Part shown: positions 1-13,600 of the stretch, in pieces
How positions within the stretch are numbered: position 1 is the stretch's first letter
How the letters are laid out: each line of letters opens with the position of its first letter
Origin: Azolla caroliniana
Lineage: Eukaryota; Plantae; Polypodiophyta
Reading direction: 5' to 3'
DNA: 64,000 bases
NCBI GenBank assembly: GCA_043228905.1
Contig: JBHGNT010000011.1
Span: 558,001 to 622,000 of the forward strand
Position numbers and translations under genes: made by a program
The notes under the pieces: generated by a model
Told to the model about the DNA's origin: nothing
The model's database searches: none
The model's input: the letters and a program-made list of their open reading frames with translations, nothing else

Positions 1-1473
1 TCATCGATGCCATATCCCAGAAGGGCCACAGTATGCTGACAAAATGAAATACAAATTTTGTCAAAACATACCAAAGGCATAAGGTGTATCGTTATCATTA
101 AAAAAAGGGCAGAGAAAACAAACTTGCTATCGACCATTATACCTTCTTCTCAGGATTATCTATAGTGCGGAACAGCTTCAACCCAAAAGCCTTAAGAAAC
201 AAACATGGAAAGTTCATTTATAGATCCATCACAACAATATCACAACTGATGCACAAAAGACACCCTCTCAAACCTTTTCATAGAACCTTATAGCCCGATC
301 GAGATCTCCAACTCTCAGATTAACCAAGGTGAATGGATCCTTTGTGGGGCCGTTTTGGATAAGTGCAAATGTGTAACCATCCGGATCCTCCGCAAATGCG
401 ATCAACTTATCTACTCCCTCCACTGAGCCAGGTTCTTTTGTGATTTTCCCACCTTTCGACTTTATCAACTCTACGGATGCATGAACCTGTCCAATGAGGC
501 CACCAGGAGATGTTGGAAATAAAATGTAGATAACACAAAAATGCCCATATCTACCCTAATGTTTTTCAAGTTGTGGAGGACTAACCTTCTTCATCACAGC
601 ATTTACTTCTACAAAGGTGTAGTATTCTAGTGATTTTTAGAAACTCAAGGATATTCTAGTAAAAACTCTAAACAAGTGAATAGGTATGTGGGTGTTTTGC
701 CCACTACTATAAACAACCTAACAACCGAATCTGGTAGCACTTACATCCTCTACAGCTATTCCAAAATGGCCAAAAGCTGTGCCCAAATTGTATTTGTCCA
801 CACCATAATCTGCAAGAAACCCCCGGCGCCATGTTAACCTTGCAACCATGCAACATGTTCACAAATGCGATAATTTTGAAAATTCTTACTGTATGTAAGC
901 TCAATTACGAAATGAGTTTCCTCAGAACCATATCCAAGGAAGGCATTAGTATACTTCTCTGCAGGTATGTCACGTGAACGTAGAAGTTTCATACCCAGGC
1001 TTTCCGTGTAAAACCTTACACAAGATGGTTGTAAACATTTCACAAAGAAAAATGATAAGGAAAATATAAATACTATGGTGGCCAAAGATTTCAAATTAGA
1101 AACTCAAACTCATGACGCCAAGTGAGAAAAAAACATGGTACATTTTTTTGCTTTTATAGTAAGTGTTTCTGACTCTAGCCAATGTCTCCATTTCCAAAAA
1201 TTATGATTTGATTTCAACATCCAATTATGCCTAGCTTTTACCATGTTTGCATATCATGATGCAAGGGATGCCTTGTATGAGAACCCCCTCTGCTATGGGT
1301 AAATGGAAATCATCTAAAAAATACAAATACCATTCATCACAAATGCAAAGAGCAAGTAGATTTGCTAACTTGATAGTTTTTTCCAAGTCACCAACGCGAT
1401 ACACTACGTGCAGGAATCTCTTGTTGTCAGTTTCAGCCCATTCCAGAATATCTTGAATGGATTCTGATGCCAT
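1..1473 (-). CDS. GLYI: Glyoxalase I (lactoylglutathione lyase)-like, two-domain plant Ni-type; multi-exon, 3' end beyond the window
   Basis: Exon peptides MASESIQDILEWAETDNKRFLHVVYRVGDLEKTIK (1473-~1369), FYTESLGMKLLRSRDIPAEKYTNAFLGYGSEETHFVIELTY (~1016-890), YGVDKYNLGTAFGHFGIAVED (~810-743), KGGKITKEPG...EDPDGY...LRVGDLDRAIRFYEK (~487-272), plus further exons at ~190-143 and <35; GT-AG boundaries visible. Confidence 0.93.
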
Positions 1474-2122
1474 GACAGGAAATTAGCTGGAGAAGACAAT
1501 CCTGGAAAAGAAAAACACAATGCAATAAGGTGATCCTCACAAAGGAAATGTGTGGACATTGTGTAAGAGCCTCGAAATTACAGCTCTAAAGTATTGATGT
1601 TTCAGAAACGGATACGGTGAGATTGCAACGTTACCTGTTCAAGATTTCTATCTTTTAAATATCACTACATCAGTAGAAAGAAAAACTTGAACTAAACTAA
1701 CTAAAACGTTTGTCGCACTTTTTTGGAAGATTTCTAGTAATTGGGGATTTGAATGAGAGCGAAACGTTGGCCTGGACTGAGAGCTACTGTAAATATGGTA
1801 ATTACAGAGATTCACGCAACATGGAGACAAGGAAAGGAAGGAGTTCACTTTTATTTTACATCCGACTTTTTCTGATAACAAACCAAAACACGCACGCAAA
1901 GGCATAAGGAGACGGAACAGTAGAATAGAGTTATATATATAATCAACAGAATGTAGCAATGGCAGACCTACTACAGTCTACAAAATCAACCGATTATAAC
2001 ACACCTGAATTGTGTGCTGCGACTTGTGCACAGGTGAAGGAGACGAGGTGCAGGAATTTTATGAGGAGGCAGGCCGGGCAGGATCACGCGATGAATGCAC
2101 GAGCAGCTCACGCGACGCGCGC

Positions 2123-2246
2123 ACAGACAGACAGACAGACAGACAGAGAGTGAGAGCAGGTTAGGGTAGGGTTTTAGGTAGGAAAGCGAAGGAGTTTATT
2201 AAATATATACACAGAGACATGACATGAAATGAATGAATGAAAGAAT

Positions 2247-2278
<32 letters not shown>
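2123..2278. repeat. (GACA)n, (GAAT)n and (GA)n microsatellites upstream of GLYI
   Basis: Simple repeats read directly. Confidence 0.9.
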
Positions 2279-2794
2279 TGTATGTCACGTGATACACGCA
2301 CGCTCCCTCAAAATCCTTTTGGAACTTCTCTTCTTTTTTTGTGCTTTGAGAATGAATGGTGCTTTGAATCTGGACCTAATTCTGACACAACATGAACCTA
2401 ATAATAATATGAACCATACGTAAATTCGCATTCGCATTCGCATTCGAGTATGGTAAACACCCTCGAAGTATGGTAACTACCATACTTTTGTATTCATTAT
2501 TTGTTATAAGGTAAAATTTCTTTTAAGGTACAATTTCTTTTATACCTTATAACATACGCATTCGTATTTTTCATTCGTATGAAAAGGAATGTTTGCCAAT
2601 GCATTCGAGTATATTACATACTATGATATGAACAACGGAATAAAAAAGATGAAGAGAAAGAGGGGGATGGAGGTGCTTTTCAAGTTTGGCTTCAGCTTTG
2701 GTGGAGGGAGAGGAGACATTCAAATTTAAAATAGTCTGGTCATTAGGAGCGCGATAGAGAAATGTCTTTTGAGCATCTAAATGAGACCAGCTAT

Positions 2795-2805
2795 GAGAGA
2801 GAGAG

Positions 2806-2849
<44 letters not shown>

Positions 2850-3000
2850 CGTGTGTGTGTGTAGTGTTCGTCTTGCCTATTGGCAATTCAACATGGTCCA
2901 CTACCCATGTAGTGTAGTTAGTGGGTGACCATATTCCATTATCACACCCATTTAAGTGGTGTTTTTTACACACATTTTTTAATATAATCAAGTGTGTTTT

Positions 3001-3058
<58 letters not shown>
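2795..3058. repeat. (GA)n/(GT)n and long (GA)n microsatellites
   Basis: Simple repeats read directly. Confidence 0.95.
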
Positions 3059-3062
<4 letters not shown>

Positions 3063-3099
3063 GGGGGAGAGAGGGAGAAATATTACCTTGGGTGGATTA

Positions 3100-3720
3100 G
3101 TGGTTACAGGATGGTACACGCTTGTTACAAATCACTACATATATATTGCATCATGCAATGACGTCATTATATTGGATATCATCTAAAGCAGAAAAGGTAT
3201 GGAATGCATGTAAGTTGAATGCAAGGTGGTGGGAAATATTACGACGTGGTTGGCATTCCCATCTACCATTTCGTGTAATGGTATTTATATGGAGAGTCAT
3301 GATTGGTGGGCTCCCATTAAGTTCAGCCTTAGTGAGATGAAGACTAAGGTTAGACACTTGTTTCTTTTGCACCATTCCATTAGAGGACAGTACACATAGG
3401 TTCATTAAATATCTTATATCGTGTACCATTTGGGAGTATTTATCGAACGTTTGGCAAGTTTTAACCCATTGTTATTTGAGACCTCAACAATGGGTTTTTT
3501 CTCAGTATGTTCAAAATGGTTGAAATGATGTGATAGAGATATTGTTCCAATTTTTACATTATTGGGGATTACAACACAATTGGAATATGCATAATGCTTC
3601 CGTGTTTGAGAGAGAGAAAGAAAGAAAGATATATAAACGTCTTCTAAGGCCAAAATTGGCCCATGAGCCAAATGGTTTACAACAAAAAATGGAATATTTA
3701 CCCATTCATCGAAAGTAAAA
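3100..3720 (+). mobile_element. Degenerate 3' remnant of an L1-type LINE (RT-associated zinc-finger region)
   Basis: Broken frames containing VFIWRVMIGGLPL and C-x2-C...EDSTH, typical of plant L1 ORF2 C-termini. Confidence 0.55.
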
Positions 3721-4139
3721 AATAAAAATAGAGTTTTAAGCTAAATAGTTCTAGTAAAATAACAAACATGTTCTACAATGAAAATGATGTTATACTAGGC
3801 CTAATTTCATTTCCATCCAAGTCTCTTGAAGAGAAGCAGGAGGTCAAAGGGTTTCGATGTGGATGTGGCCAGTGACCCCAATGTAAAAGGTACCCCAACC
3901 ATAGCTTCTAGTCAACGTAGCTCACATTCCCTTATCTTCTTAATCCTTTCTACTCCGTGTTGACTTGTTTTGAAGCCCAACATTCGAGGACATTTGGTTG
4001 TTCTTTGCATTTCGGCTTCCTCAAGAGAGAGGCCGAGCGGCTTAAGTGTATCCACATTCATTGTCTCCCCTTGTTCCTGAAAAATTACACTATTTACAAG
4101 TTGGTGAATAGTAAAAGGGTTATGGTTAACACTTTGTAA

Positions 4140-6420
4140 TTTATTCTCCCTATATTGTTTTAGCTCTAAGATATACCTACCTAGTCTCTTTACATCCGGG
4201 GGTATCTAATAGTTTGGAGAGGGTCCTAATATGTCTTGGCATTCCACTTGTATCTCGGCCCTATCTCAGTATAAGTTGGGCACTTGCATGTGAAGTGATA
4301 ATCATCCTCTATCTCTATGTGGCACAACCTACATAGCCTTTCCTCTCTAGGGACTCTATTAGCCCCCGACCATTCTCAATCTCAAGTTGGTGAGATGATA
4401 TCCTAAGTTCTCCAATGGGCACCCTTAGTGCATTTGATAAGAATGTATCTAGATATCTTGGTCGTGTAATAAAACCTAACTGAGAGAAGTGCAATAAGTG
4501 TTCCTTATAGTACAACATTTTAGATGGGAGTGGCTCTCATGGGGTGATCCATTTATATCGAGTGTAAATTTGCCATATTTCTTGGTGTATCACTTTATTA
4601 CGATCTTCATGAGATATTAGAGTTTGATCAGTCCCATGGTTGTACTTAAGGGGGGGTAGGTTATTAATGTCTATGCCGTTTGCAAGTAACCAACTCACCA
4701 CAGTGCTATACCAAGAGCTAGTGTCTCCATACGCATGTAGGGATCAGGATGCCTCAAAGGCTCAACGGGATATCCTATCTTGTGGTTGTCTATGTATCCG
4801 ATGAATAAAAACTACCACTTGAAACTGTGCTTCTACTAACATCGGGGGCAAATTGAACTCTGCTCTAATAATGTCACGTGGTACTGTCAATTTGCTTCAG
4901 AGTTGACGTGATAACATCGTCACCAAAGGTCTCTCTAATTGCGTCCACATGAAAGATGGTAGACCTGGAGCCCATACTACTGATGCATACATGAGGGAAG
5001 GGGTCACTAATGAGTCGAAAAGCCATCCCTTAGTCCATGGCTCTTGAAAGTATGCCTGGTGGCATTGTCTCTCTAAGAGTGAGAGGGATGCATACCCTCT
5101 CGTTAGCCTATCTTTGGCTGCCTGGGTCATCGAAAATTTACTTGAGCGAGCACTAAAAGTGACTCCCAAGTATACATATGATCCAACTACCTCAACTAGT
5201 TTATGAGAGAGGATTAAGTGACATTTACTCCTAACTTGGGACGATGTATGAAAGATAAGGACTTTAGTTTTTGCTAGATTCACTACCAGTCCTCGTTGTG
5301 TACAAAAGTCATCTAGGGCATTAAGATGCTTTTGTAGGTCATGTTCCGCCTCCGAGAGCAAGACAATGTCATCTGCGTAGAGTAAGAAACTAATTTGCAT
5401 ATCCCCAATAACTATTGCCTTGCCTCCCTTACGAGCAATAAAATCAGTTATCTTATCAATGTAGATCCCAAAAAGAGTCGGTGATAGGGGGAAACCCTGT
5501 TTTACACCAATGGTGCTAGTGAAACAATCGGATAGGCCACCTGGGCATCTTATGCACCCAGAGACTTCCTCGTATAGGGCATAAATGGCCCAGATCATGT
5601 AATTTGGTATCTCCAAGCTCTTAAGTCTATCAAACAACTTCTCCCTAGGAATTGTGTCAAAGGCTTTGCGGAAGTCCACAAAGCAACAATATAGTTTCTT
5701 CTTACGAGCTTTTGTCTGGTCAATTAAGCACCTAAGTGTGAAGATATGGTCAATAGTGGAGAAGGCTCATCTAAAGCCAGCCTAATCAGGTGCTCGAAGA
5801 CTTAATGTTTCCATATAATCGTTGAGCTCCACTTCCTTTACCGCACCATATAGTTTAGCGAGCGTATGACCTATCATAATGGTCCTATATGTATTTGTGT
5901 CCATTGGGTCCCCTCCTTTATGTATAGGGACCACTGTGCTCATGGTCCGTTGTGGTGGAAAACCCTCAGTGAGGCCGCGGTTGAAGATTAGAGTGAGAAA
6001 GGGGGTTAGGCACTCTCGAGCATATATGATGTGCTCGGCTCACAATCGTGTGTGGTCCATGGATTTCCTAGAGGTCATGAAAAGTGTCCCCATGGTAGGT
6101 CAGGGTGTGGAAGGCATTGGAATGGGTGGTTGGTTCGGGACATGGTAGAGTCTCTCGATATATGTGTGCCAAATATTGGGATCCTCGATGGGTGTTTGTG
6201 GTCGCGGTTCCTGTAGTCTCTTCCATGCAAGGGCGCAATCCCTACTCATGAGCATATGGTAGAGTTCCCAATATTGGGATGCTTCCCAAGCTCGTCTTTT
6301 ACGACGTGTCATCTTGCGCATCTCTTTTCAAGCTTGTACTGAGGAAATAGTACCACTAAGTCACGACACTTTAAGTTGTCTATACAACTCTCTACAATCC
6401 TCGTCATACCACTTGTTTTT
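4140..6420 (-). mobile_element. 5'-truncated, degenerate non-LTR retrotransposon (RTEX-like, second family)
   Basis: ORF 4897-5679 has DFRKAFD, GVKQG.PLSPTLF, LLYADDIVL and YLGV; C-terminal LRISSHQLEIENGR plus HFTCKC; KWYDEDC motif near 6410; contains stops and frameshifts. Confidence 0.88.
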
Positions 6421-6541
6421 TTAACATTTTGAAGGCCGATTATTATCTCAAGAGACGAGGGCTAGCCCATTGCTAAATTCAACTTGGGTTCTCCCAAGTT
6501 TACGACTTTTGATGCTACGGTGTAAACCACCAAGCCAACAA

Positions 6542-6580
<39 letters not shown>

Positions 6581-7749
6581 GTTCATGGACGACCAATTAC
6601 AATCTATGAGGTTGGGCTTGGCCTCTAGCGAGTATCAAACGTAGGTTCTCTCAATTTTATGACTTTGATGCTACAACGTAACCACCAAGCCAATAGCCAA
6701 AGATCTTATTAATATGTCGTATAAGAGTAGAAGTGGAACATTTCAACACAATATGTGTGTGAGCTTGAGGAGCAATTCTCAATGCTCGAGAAGTTTACAA
6801 GCGAAGAGGTGTTGTGAAGTTTGGGCTTGATCCCTAGGCCTTGTACTATTAGTCTAATCACGTATCACCATCATGGTAAGTTCATTGCAAGATAGAAACA
6901 GTTATTTCCTAACAAGGCCTAGATAAAACAACATATGTATAAAAGATTCTCTTTCTTTTTTTTATCGTAATGAGCTCACCCTAGTGGTAAGTTGTTTACA
7001 CTACTAGCATTGTGTATTGGGTTTGTAACCCAATTTTCTCACATCCCTATTACTTCATGCATATCTCTTCATTTACTAGATTCACTAGATGCCAATGTGG
7101 AATGTAGGGGCAATTGCATGAAAGTGGTGTCATTCCTTGTGCAACTTTGGAAAATACATTAAGTAGTTTTCTACAATCAATTATTCTTCAAAAGACAGGT
7201 TTACCTAAGGGCAATTGCATGAAACCAATGTCAAGGAATTTGAGAGTTGAATGCTTGCCCCATAAGAAATATCGATAAAGACAAATTCTCTTAAGCAGAG
7301 GATGGGATATATCGTGTGTTGTTAAACATAAGTATCTTGAGAAAGCTCTATGTGATTAGATGAACTCGAACAAGAAGAACGTGTGTGCTTAGAAGGGAAG
7401 GATTTGATATAATCATTAATGCTTAGAAGGATACCGGCTTCTAATGAAATCCAAGGATGCAAGTTCAAAACCTATTGTTGAACATGTTTTAATTTGTTGT
7501 TCAAATCCTTGTTTTTGCCGAAACTTGATCACCACCCAATGGGGGCATTCAACGGTCTTGTAGATGGAATCTAATCCCTCGAGATTTCTTCCCTTAGACA
7601 AAACCCTGTTGTGAGTCAAAGTTAAAATATATGAAGAAGCACAAAGTTATAATGTTATCTTGTGAATAAGTTATATGGAGAACCACAAATTTATAATTTT
7701 TAGATAATTACATTGGACCAGAAATTGTGAAAAAAAAAAACACAATTAC

Positions 7750-9210
7750 AAAACATTTTCAAATTTTTCAATAGCACTATTGGTGTTAAGCAAGGATGCC
7801 CACTCTCACCAACACTATTTGGTCTATGCATTGATGAATAGGAAGAAATGGTTACCAAGTTTGTAAAGGAAGAATGAGTTGAAGAAGTTGCCATTGAGAA
7901 TGTTGTGATTATGCTTTTGCTATATGCAGATGATGTAGCGTTTTTTGCAAATACTTTAGGAGATGCACAAAAGCTTATGAAGGCATTGGAAAAATTCTGC
8001 ATGCATACTAAATTAAGTGGCAATAGCTCTAAAACAAAGATTATGCTTGTGAAGGGCCAAAAAAGAGATAAACCATGCATTATGTACAACAACAAGCCAC
8101 TTGAATGTGTGGAAAGCTTCACATGTCTTGGCCCTGAAGTTCCTTCAAATCATAGATGGAATGAATGTGCTACACGCCACTTAAAGGTGGGTAAGCAAGC
8201 ATACTATGCATTTGAGAACACATGAAATGTTGGGGATATTAAGTATTGGGTCCTCGAGAAATATCTTTTCAACACTTTGGTGACACTGGTTATTCTCTAT
8301 GGGGTGGAAGTATGGGGTGGTAGCATCCCTAAATCTACGTGGAAAGAGTTTGAAAATTTCCAAAAACATTTTCTTACAAAGTTTCTACAAGGTAAGAAAC
8401 AAACGCCCTACACCCTCCTCCTTGAGACGGGATCGCTTCCCATTGAGATCATGGCCATGGAAAGGGTTGTTGAATACATGCTTAAGGTTCAAAAAAGTTC
8501 CTCACATCGACATCCCAGACTCGCATGGGAAGCAAGCAAAAAGATCCAAAAGACGCATAAAAGCAAAACTGTGTTCCAATTGGATGCCAGATATAGAAAA
8601 ATGGTTTGGTAGATGGAATGCAAGACAATTGCTTCATGGTGCATCACTAGGTTCCTTAGTAAATGAGGCCTTTTTGCAATGCCAATGTATCATGACATGG
8701 GACAAATGTAGAGGCTCACGCTTCACACATTATACTACACATGTTGCACGTAAGTACAAAACCATATTCTTCGCAGAACAGGGAAACCATACACATGGAT
8801 ACATGTTAGAGCCCGTCCCATTATCTGCCATTCAAACCATTGCTTCCATGTGACTTAGCTCACATGCATTGCGATCTGAGACGGGGCATTAGGGCACAAG
8901 TGATGAGAGTGGTCGACTATGCACACTTTGCCCTAAACAAGTTTGAGAGTTTGAGTATCATACTAATACAATGCTCTGCCTTTGATCATATTTGACCATG
9001 CTTTCCACACATCTTCAACCTAGCCCAATCCTTGCACGAATTTTTCTCACAACCTCAATCTGCACTCTCGATCGCAACATTCATCAATAAAGTTCTTGAA
9101 CATCAAGAGTCACTACTCACTTTCACATGTATCACGTGAAATGTAATATTTTTAGTCTCATAGGTCATATTTGACCTCCAAAGATGATAATAGAATCTAT
9201 CTATCTATCT
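7750..9210 (+). mobile_element. 5'-truncated copy of the LINE at 27839-32040
   Basis: Closely matches ~30585-32040, with several stops; same 3' end GTCTCATAGGTCATATTTGACCTCC followed by a (TATC)n tail. Confidence 0.93.
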
Positions 9211-9818
9211 CTAAAATACAAGGTAGAATATAAGGTACTAAAAATGGTAGAGCATATCCAATCGCATCTCACTACCCCCAACAGCCTTGGCTCTAAGTAA
9301 GCCTTCACACTTGTTTGAAATCGCTCACAAAAGTTAAGTGTTGAGGTAGCATCATGACATCATCTCTAAAATATGAAGATATCCAACGCATGCAATGAAA
9401 ACCTAATTGAGGACGCATATCACTTACCTATCAATTGCTCAACATATAAGGTAATTCACGAGAAACATGACTTTTTAGACGAGCTTGATAATTTAAGTGC
9501 CAAAACTTAAGTGTTGCACCAAGAAGGGTGAGCACTGAGCACATGTACATGCATCATGTTCACATAGAGAGTTTTATTGCAAAGCAAAAACCCCCTTTTA
9601 GGGCTGAGTCATTTCAAGATAATATGTTGATTTGGTCCCATTGGTCAAATAGATGCAAAGGGCCTTGCATTCCTCTTGGTTCTCTCTAGGGTCATGAACA
9701 CCACATGCCTAACACAACCACCTATATATTCTGTGAATTAATCCTTCATGCAACTGAATTTCTCGTTTGAACTTAGGAAATAGCAATGGTCCTGTTTGGC
9801 ATTTTCGAAGAAAAACAG

Positions 9819-9851
<33 letters not shown>

Positions 9852-9854
9852 GGG

Positions 9855-10266
9855 CGGTGTCAAACTTGAATCAAGCTAACCAAACTAAACCATACCTTGA
9901 ACCAATTAAGCCGAACTAAATTAAAACCTAAACTAGTTACTAATATTTTTGGTTTAATTTTTGCTTTTTTCTCTCTTAGTTTTCAGTAGGGATGTGACAA
10001 CTTTATTTCTCTCTCTCTCTTTCTTAAAAGGGGTTATCTTTATTTCTCTCCCTATCTCTCTCTTTTTCTCTATCAATTGAAAAGCGTACAAATGGCTTAA
10101 CCAGTTTGAGCCAGTTAAGCATAGCTCAAGCCAAACCAAGCCAATCTTAAACCGGTTAAGCAAGCTAAAACATGAACTGAATTGAACTGAACCGCCAAAC
10201 CATTAACATCTTTACGGATTGGTTCAAGCTTGAGCCGAACCTTGGCCGGCTCTAATTTGAACTTAC
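9855..10266. mobile_element. Possible MITE or non-autonomous DNA transposon remnant beside a T-tract and G24 tract
   Basis: Clusters of AACC/GAGCC/GAAC motifs at both ends around an AT-rich core; only weak terminal inverted similarity. Confidence 0.3.
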
Positions 10267-10601
10267 ATTAAATGGGAAAAGTAAACCACCTAAGCCTTAT
10301 ACTAGAAAAAATATGACCAGTAATGGGGACAAAACAGAACAGAAAGTTGAACTCTCAATCAAAACTCCTTCCTACTACATGCTTGGCTTACTTAATTCCC
10401 AGAACTTTTCCCTTTTTATTTAGACTCAATAATGCAAATAATGCAAGTCAGTATTAAAACTAAGTTCAGTGACATAAACAACTCGACGCCATTTTATTCC
10501 AGCCAGATTCCTCACTATACAAGTGTTACTGCACCAAGATATCACACAGCAACAATTTATGTTCTAAGCATAAGAACAAAGTATCTGTCGTTGAAAAGAT
10601 T

Positions 10602-13600
10602 TCAACTACCTTCCACTTCTGTCATTGGAAATAACTCATCTATCAGCTTATTAGACAGAATACAATTGGGATCAAGGTCTTTTCTAGCTTTATTAAGCGC
10701 TTCAACTGGAAATCGCTTCCTCAACCTCTCTTGCATCCATTTTTTGTTTTCCTCATCATCAGCAATCACCTGGAGCAAAGTAAACAAGCCATACAAGATT
10801 TAAGGGCTGAATGAAGAACAGAACGAGTTTTTTGAAGTGATGACCAGACAAAAAACCTCAATCTTTGCCCAGTGTTCAAATGCAGCATAACGATCCCAAA
10901 GCTGTTTCTGTGCTGCCTGACGATATTCCATGAATCGGCTTGTGATTGCCTTCCTCTGTTCCTCATTTGATGTAGGAAGATACATTATAATTCCAACCTG
11001 CGACAATTTAGCTCATGAGTTTAAGCATTCGACTATTAAAAGGGTTCACAAATTCTCTAGATTATGACACAAATGCATTCACTTGGCTTCCAGAATCCCA
11101 AAAATGGAGCGTGCTACTAACCCAGGAGAAGAGAGAATCTCTGGAAGAGCTGGAAGCTGGACTAAGGGGACTTCTACTGCCAGCTGTCCAACGTTGCTCA
11201 ATCGGGGAAGGAGCAGGGATGCCTTTATCTTTTATCAAGCTCATTATGTTTTCCATGTAGCTAAGATCTTTACTATCTGGCTTTTTCCATGAGCCTGCAG
11301 GGAAGCAAACTTCAGACACCCACTGCTGTCCTCCGCAATCAAAACCAAGAATTTCATCACTCCACCCAACCCTGTAACCCTCACAGCGTTTCCAGTATTC
11401 TGCTTCAACCTGGTTTATTCGCACAATATGTTCACGGTTCAAGGGATCCATAGCAATCAGTTTATCCCTGAGTTCAGTGAAGGATAATTCCTCAAGCTCT
11501 TCGTCAGATAACAATGTGACAACCCTATTCTTTTCATCTCTCCCAACATCATCGGAATTCCTTTCCCCGGATCCCCTGAAGTCTCATATATCAGCAAACC
11601 ACCAGCTTACAGTAAAAACATATCCAGAAACAATGAGAAAGACTTATAGCAAACCTGAATTTGATCGCTGCCTCTTTATAGAATGATAAAACATGCTTTA
11701 ATCGCTCTTTCTCACTATACTTGGGCTTCATTGGAGGCTGTCCTTTGCCCTCTTGCAAAGGATTGCATTTGACAACCACCACAGCATCTGTATCTGGGAT
11801 CCACATGTACCTCAAATGCTTATTCTCTTGCAACCATTTTCTGCATGGAATATAAAGCTTCAAATCATTGATTGAAGTTCTCTGATATAGATTAGAATCA
11901 CGTTATTTTCCCCTCACTGTATACTTACTTGTGACTTTTGTGAATCTCCTTTCTGGTGGCAACAAATGTATGTTCAAGTAATTTTTGAGCCGGTACACAT
12001 TGCAAAGTGACCTCTGCAACAACTCCAAGGGTACCCATACTTAATCGAGCAAGATAGAAAAGCTCTGGATCATTTTCAGCAGAGAGTTCCAGTGTTCCTT
12101 TGGCAGGTGTAACAAGCTTTAAGCTTACAATTTGCTCATCAACCGGGGGGATAGCAGCTCCAGTGCCATGAGCACCAACCTATTATGTAAAATCAGAAAA
12201 ATGGAACAATGCAGAAATTTAATTTAAAAATGGATTTTGAGAAATCTGATTATGTGCTACCTATTATAAGAAAGAAAAAGGCAGAAATTCCTGGAGCTCA
12301 AATGTTGCAAGTGTTTAAGGTGCAGTCAAGGATAAGGAAAACTATCAAAAGCATTTGCATGAGGAAAAAAAACTTATTCAAAGAAAGAGAAGAATATGGG
12401 AAGTTAGTCAATAATTTCTCCAAACACAAAAGAAAGCACATGCATGTGCTAAATTTTGGAAAAAACTAAATGGGAAACATGCTGAGTTACAGTGACTTGT
12501 CTATGCATTGAAGAACTTATCTATGCAATCAAATGTTGGAAAGGTAATGCATTATGGTTCTCTTCCACATGTGTCTCCCTTCTTTATGATTGAAGATGTA
12601 TGCGTAGCGCTTAAGAAACTAGCCTCCCGAAAGACGAGATCTTCAATGTATAAAGGTTGAAATGCTAAAATGGACAGGAAAGGAAGCGCATGCATGGAAA
12701 AATGATATGTTTAATCATGCATTGCAAAATGGCATGCCTTATGATTTGAGTACAAAATGGACTGAAAAAATGCTAATGGGGCTTACAGACAAGCTGGCTT
12801 TCGAAAGCACCATAGCATCATTGATCACCTTGTCACCCTTCGAGTATTAGTGGAAGAAAGTGGCTTGACACGTAAAGGTTTATATTGTTGCTTCGTACAC
12901 TTTAAGAAAGCTTTTGATATGGTACCTTGTGAGCATCTTTGGGAGTGCATGGAAGAACTTGAGATACCAAGTAAATATATGCAAGCAAATTCCCCAATCT
13001 ATGAGAAGGTTATATGTTGGGTGCATATGGGGGTTGAATTTTCAGATTTTTCCAATACACTATTGGTGTTATGCAAGGATGCCCACACTCACCAAATCCA
13101 TTTGATCTATGGATAGATGGATTGAAATATATTGTTGCCAAGTTTCTATAGGAATGTAATTTGTAGTCATCATGCTTTTGTTGTATGCAAATGATGTGCA
13201 TTTGCCAATACTTCAAGAGATGCACAAAACCTTATGAGGGCATTGGCAGTGTTTTGCATGCATACTATGTGCATGTCAATAGCTCTACAATGAAGATTAT
13301 ACTTGTGAAGAACCAAAATAAGGACATCCATGCATTATGTACAATAATGTGCCCTTGAAGTTGTGGAAAGCTTTAAATAACTTGGCATTGAAGTTCCTCA
13401 AATCATAGATGGAATGAATGTGCTATCCATCACTTAGAGACGAGAAAGAGAGCGTATTATGATGTATAAATTGATTGCTACGTAAATGAGGCCTTTTGAA
13501 CATACCAATATATCATGACATGGGGAAAATGCAGAAGCTCACGCTTCATACATTTTACTACAAAATCAAATTCTTCGCCAATCAAGAAAACCGCACACAT

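Noticed and set aside
6480-7040. ~55-bp imperfect direct repeat around (TA)n and a weak A/B-box-like motif near 6981-7031
   Set aside because: Too degenerate to call a SINE or any defined element
9821-9854. T-tract followed by G24 as a functional G-quadruplex
   Set aside because: Plain homopolymer of uncertain assembled length; similar G/C runs occur at 57443 and 58112
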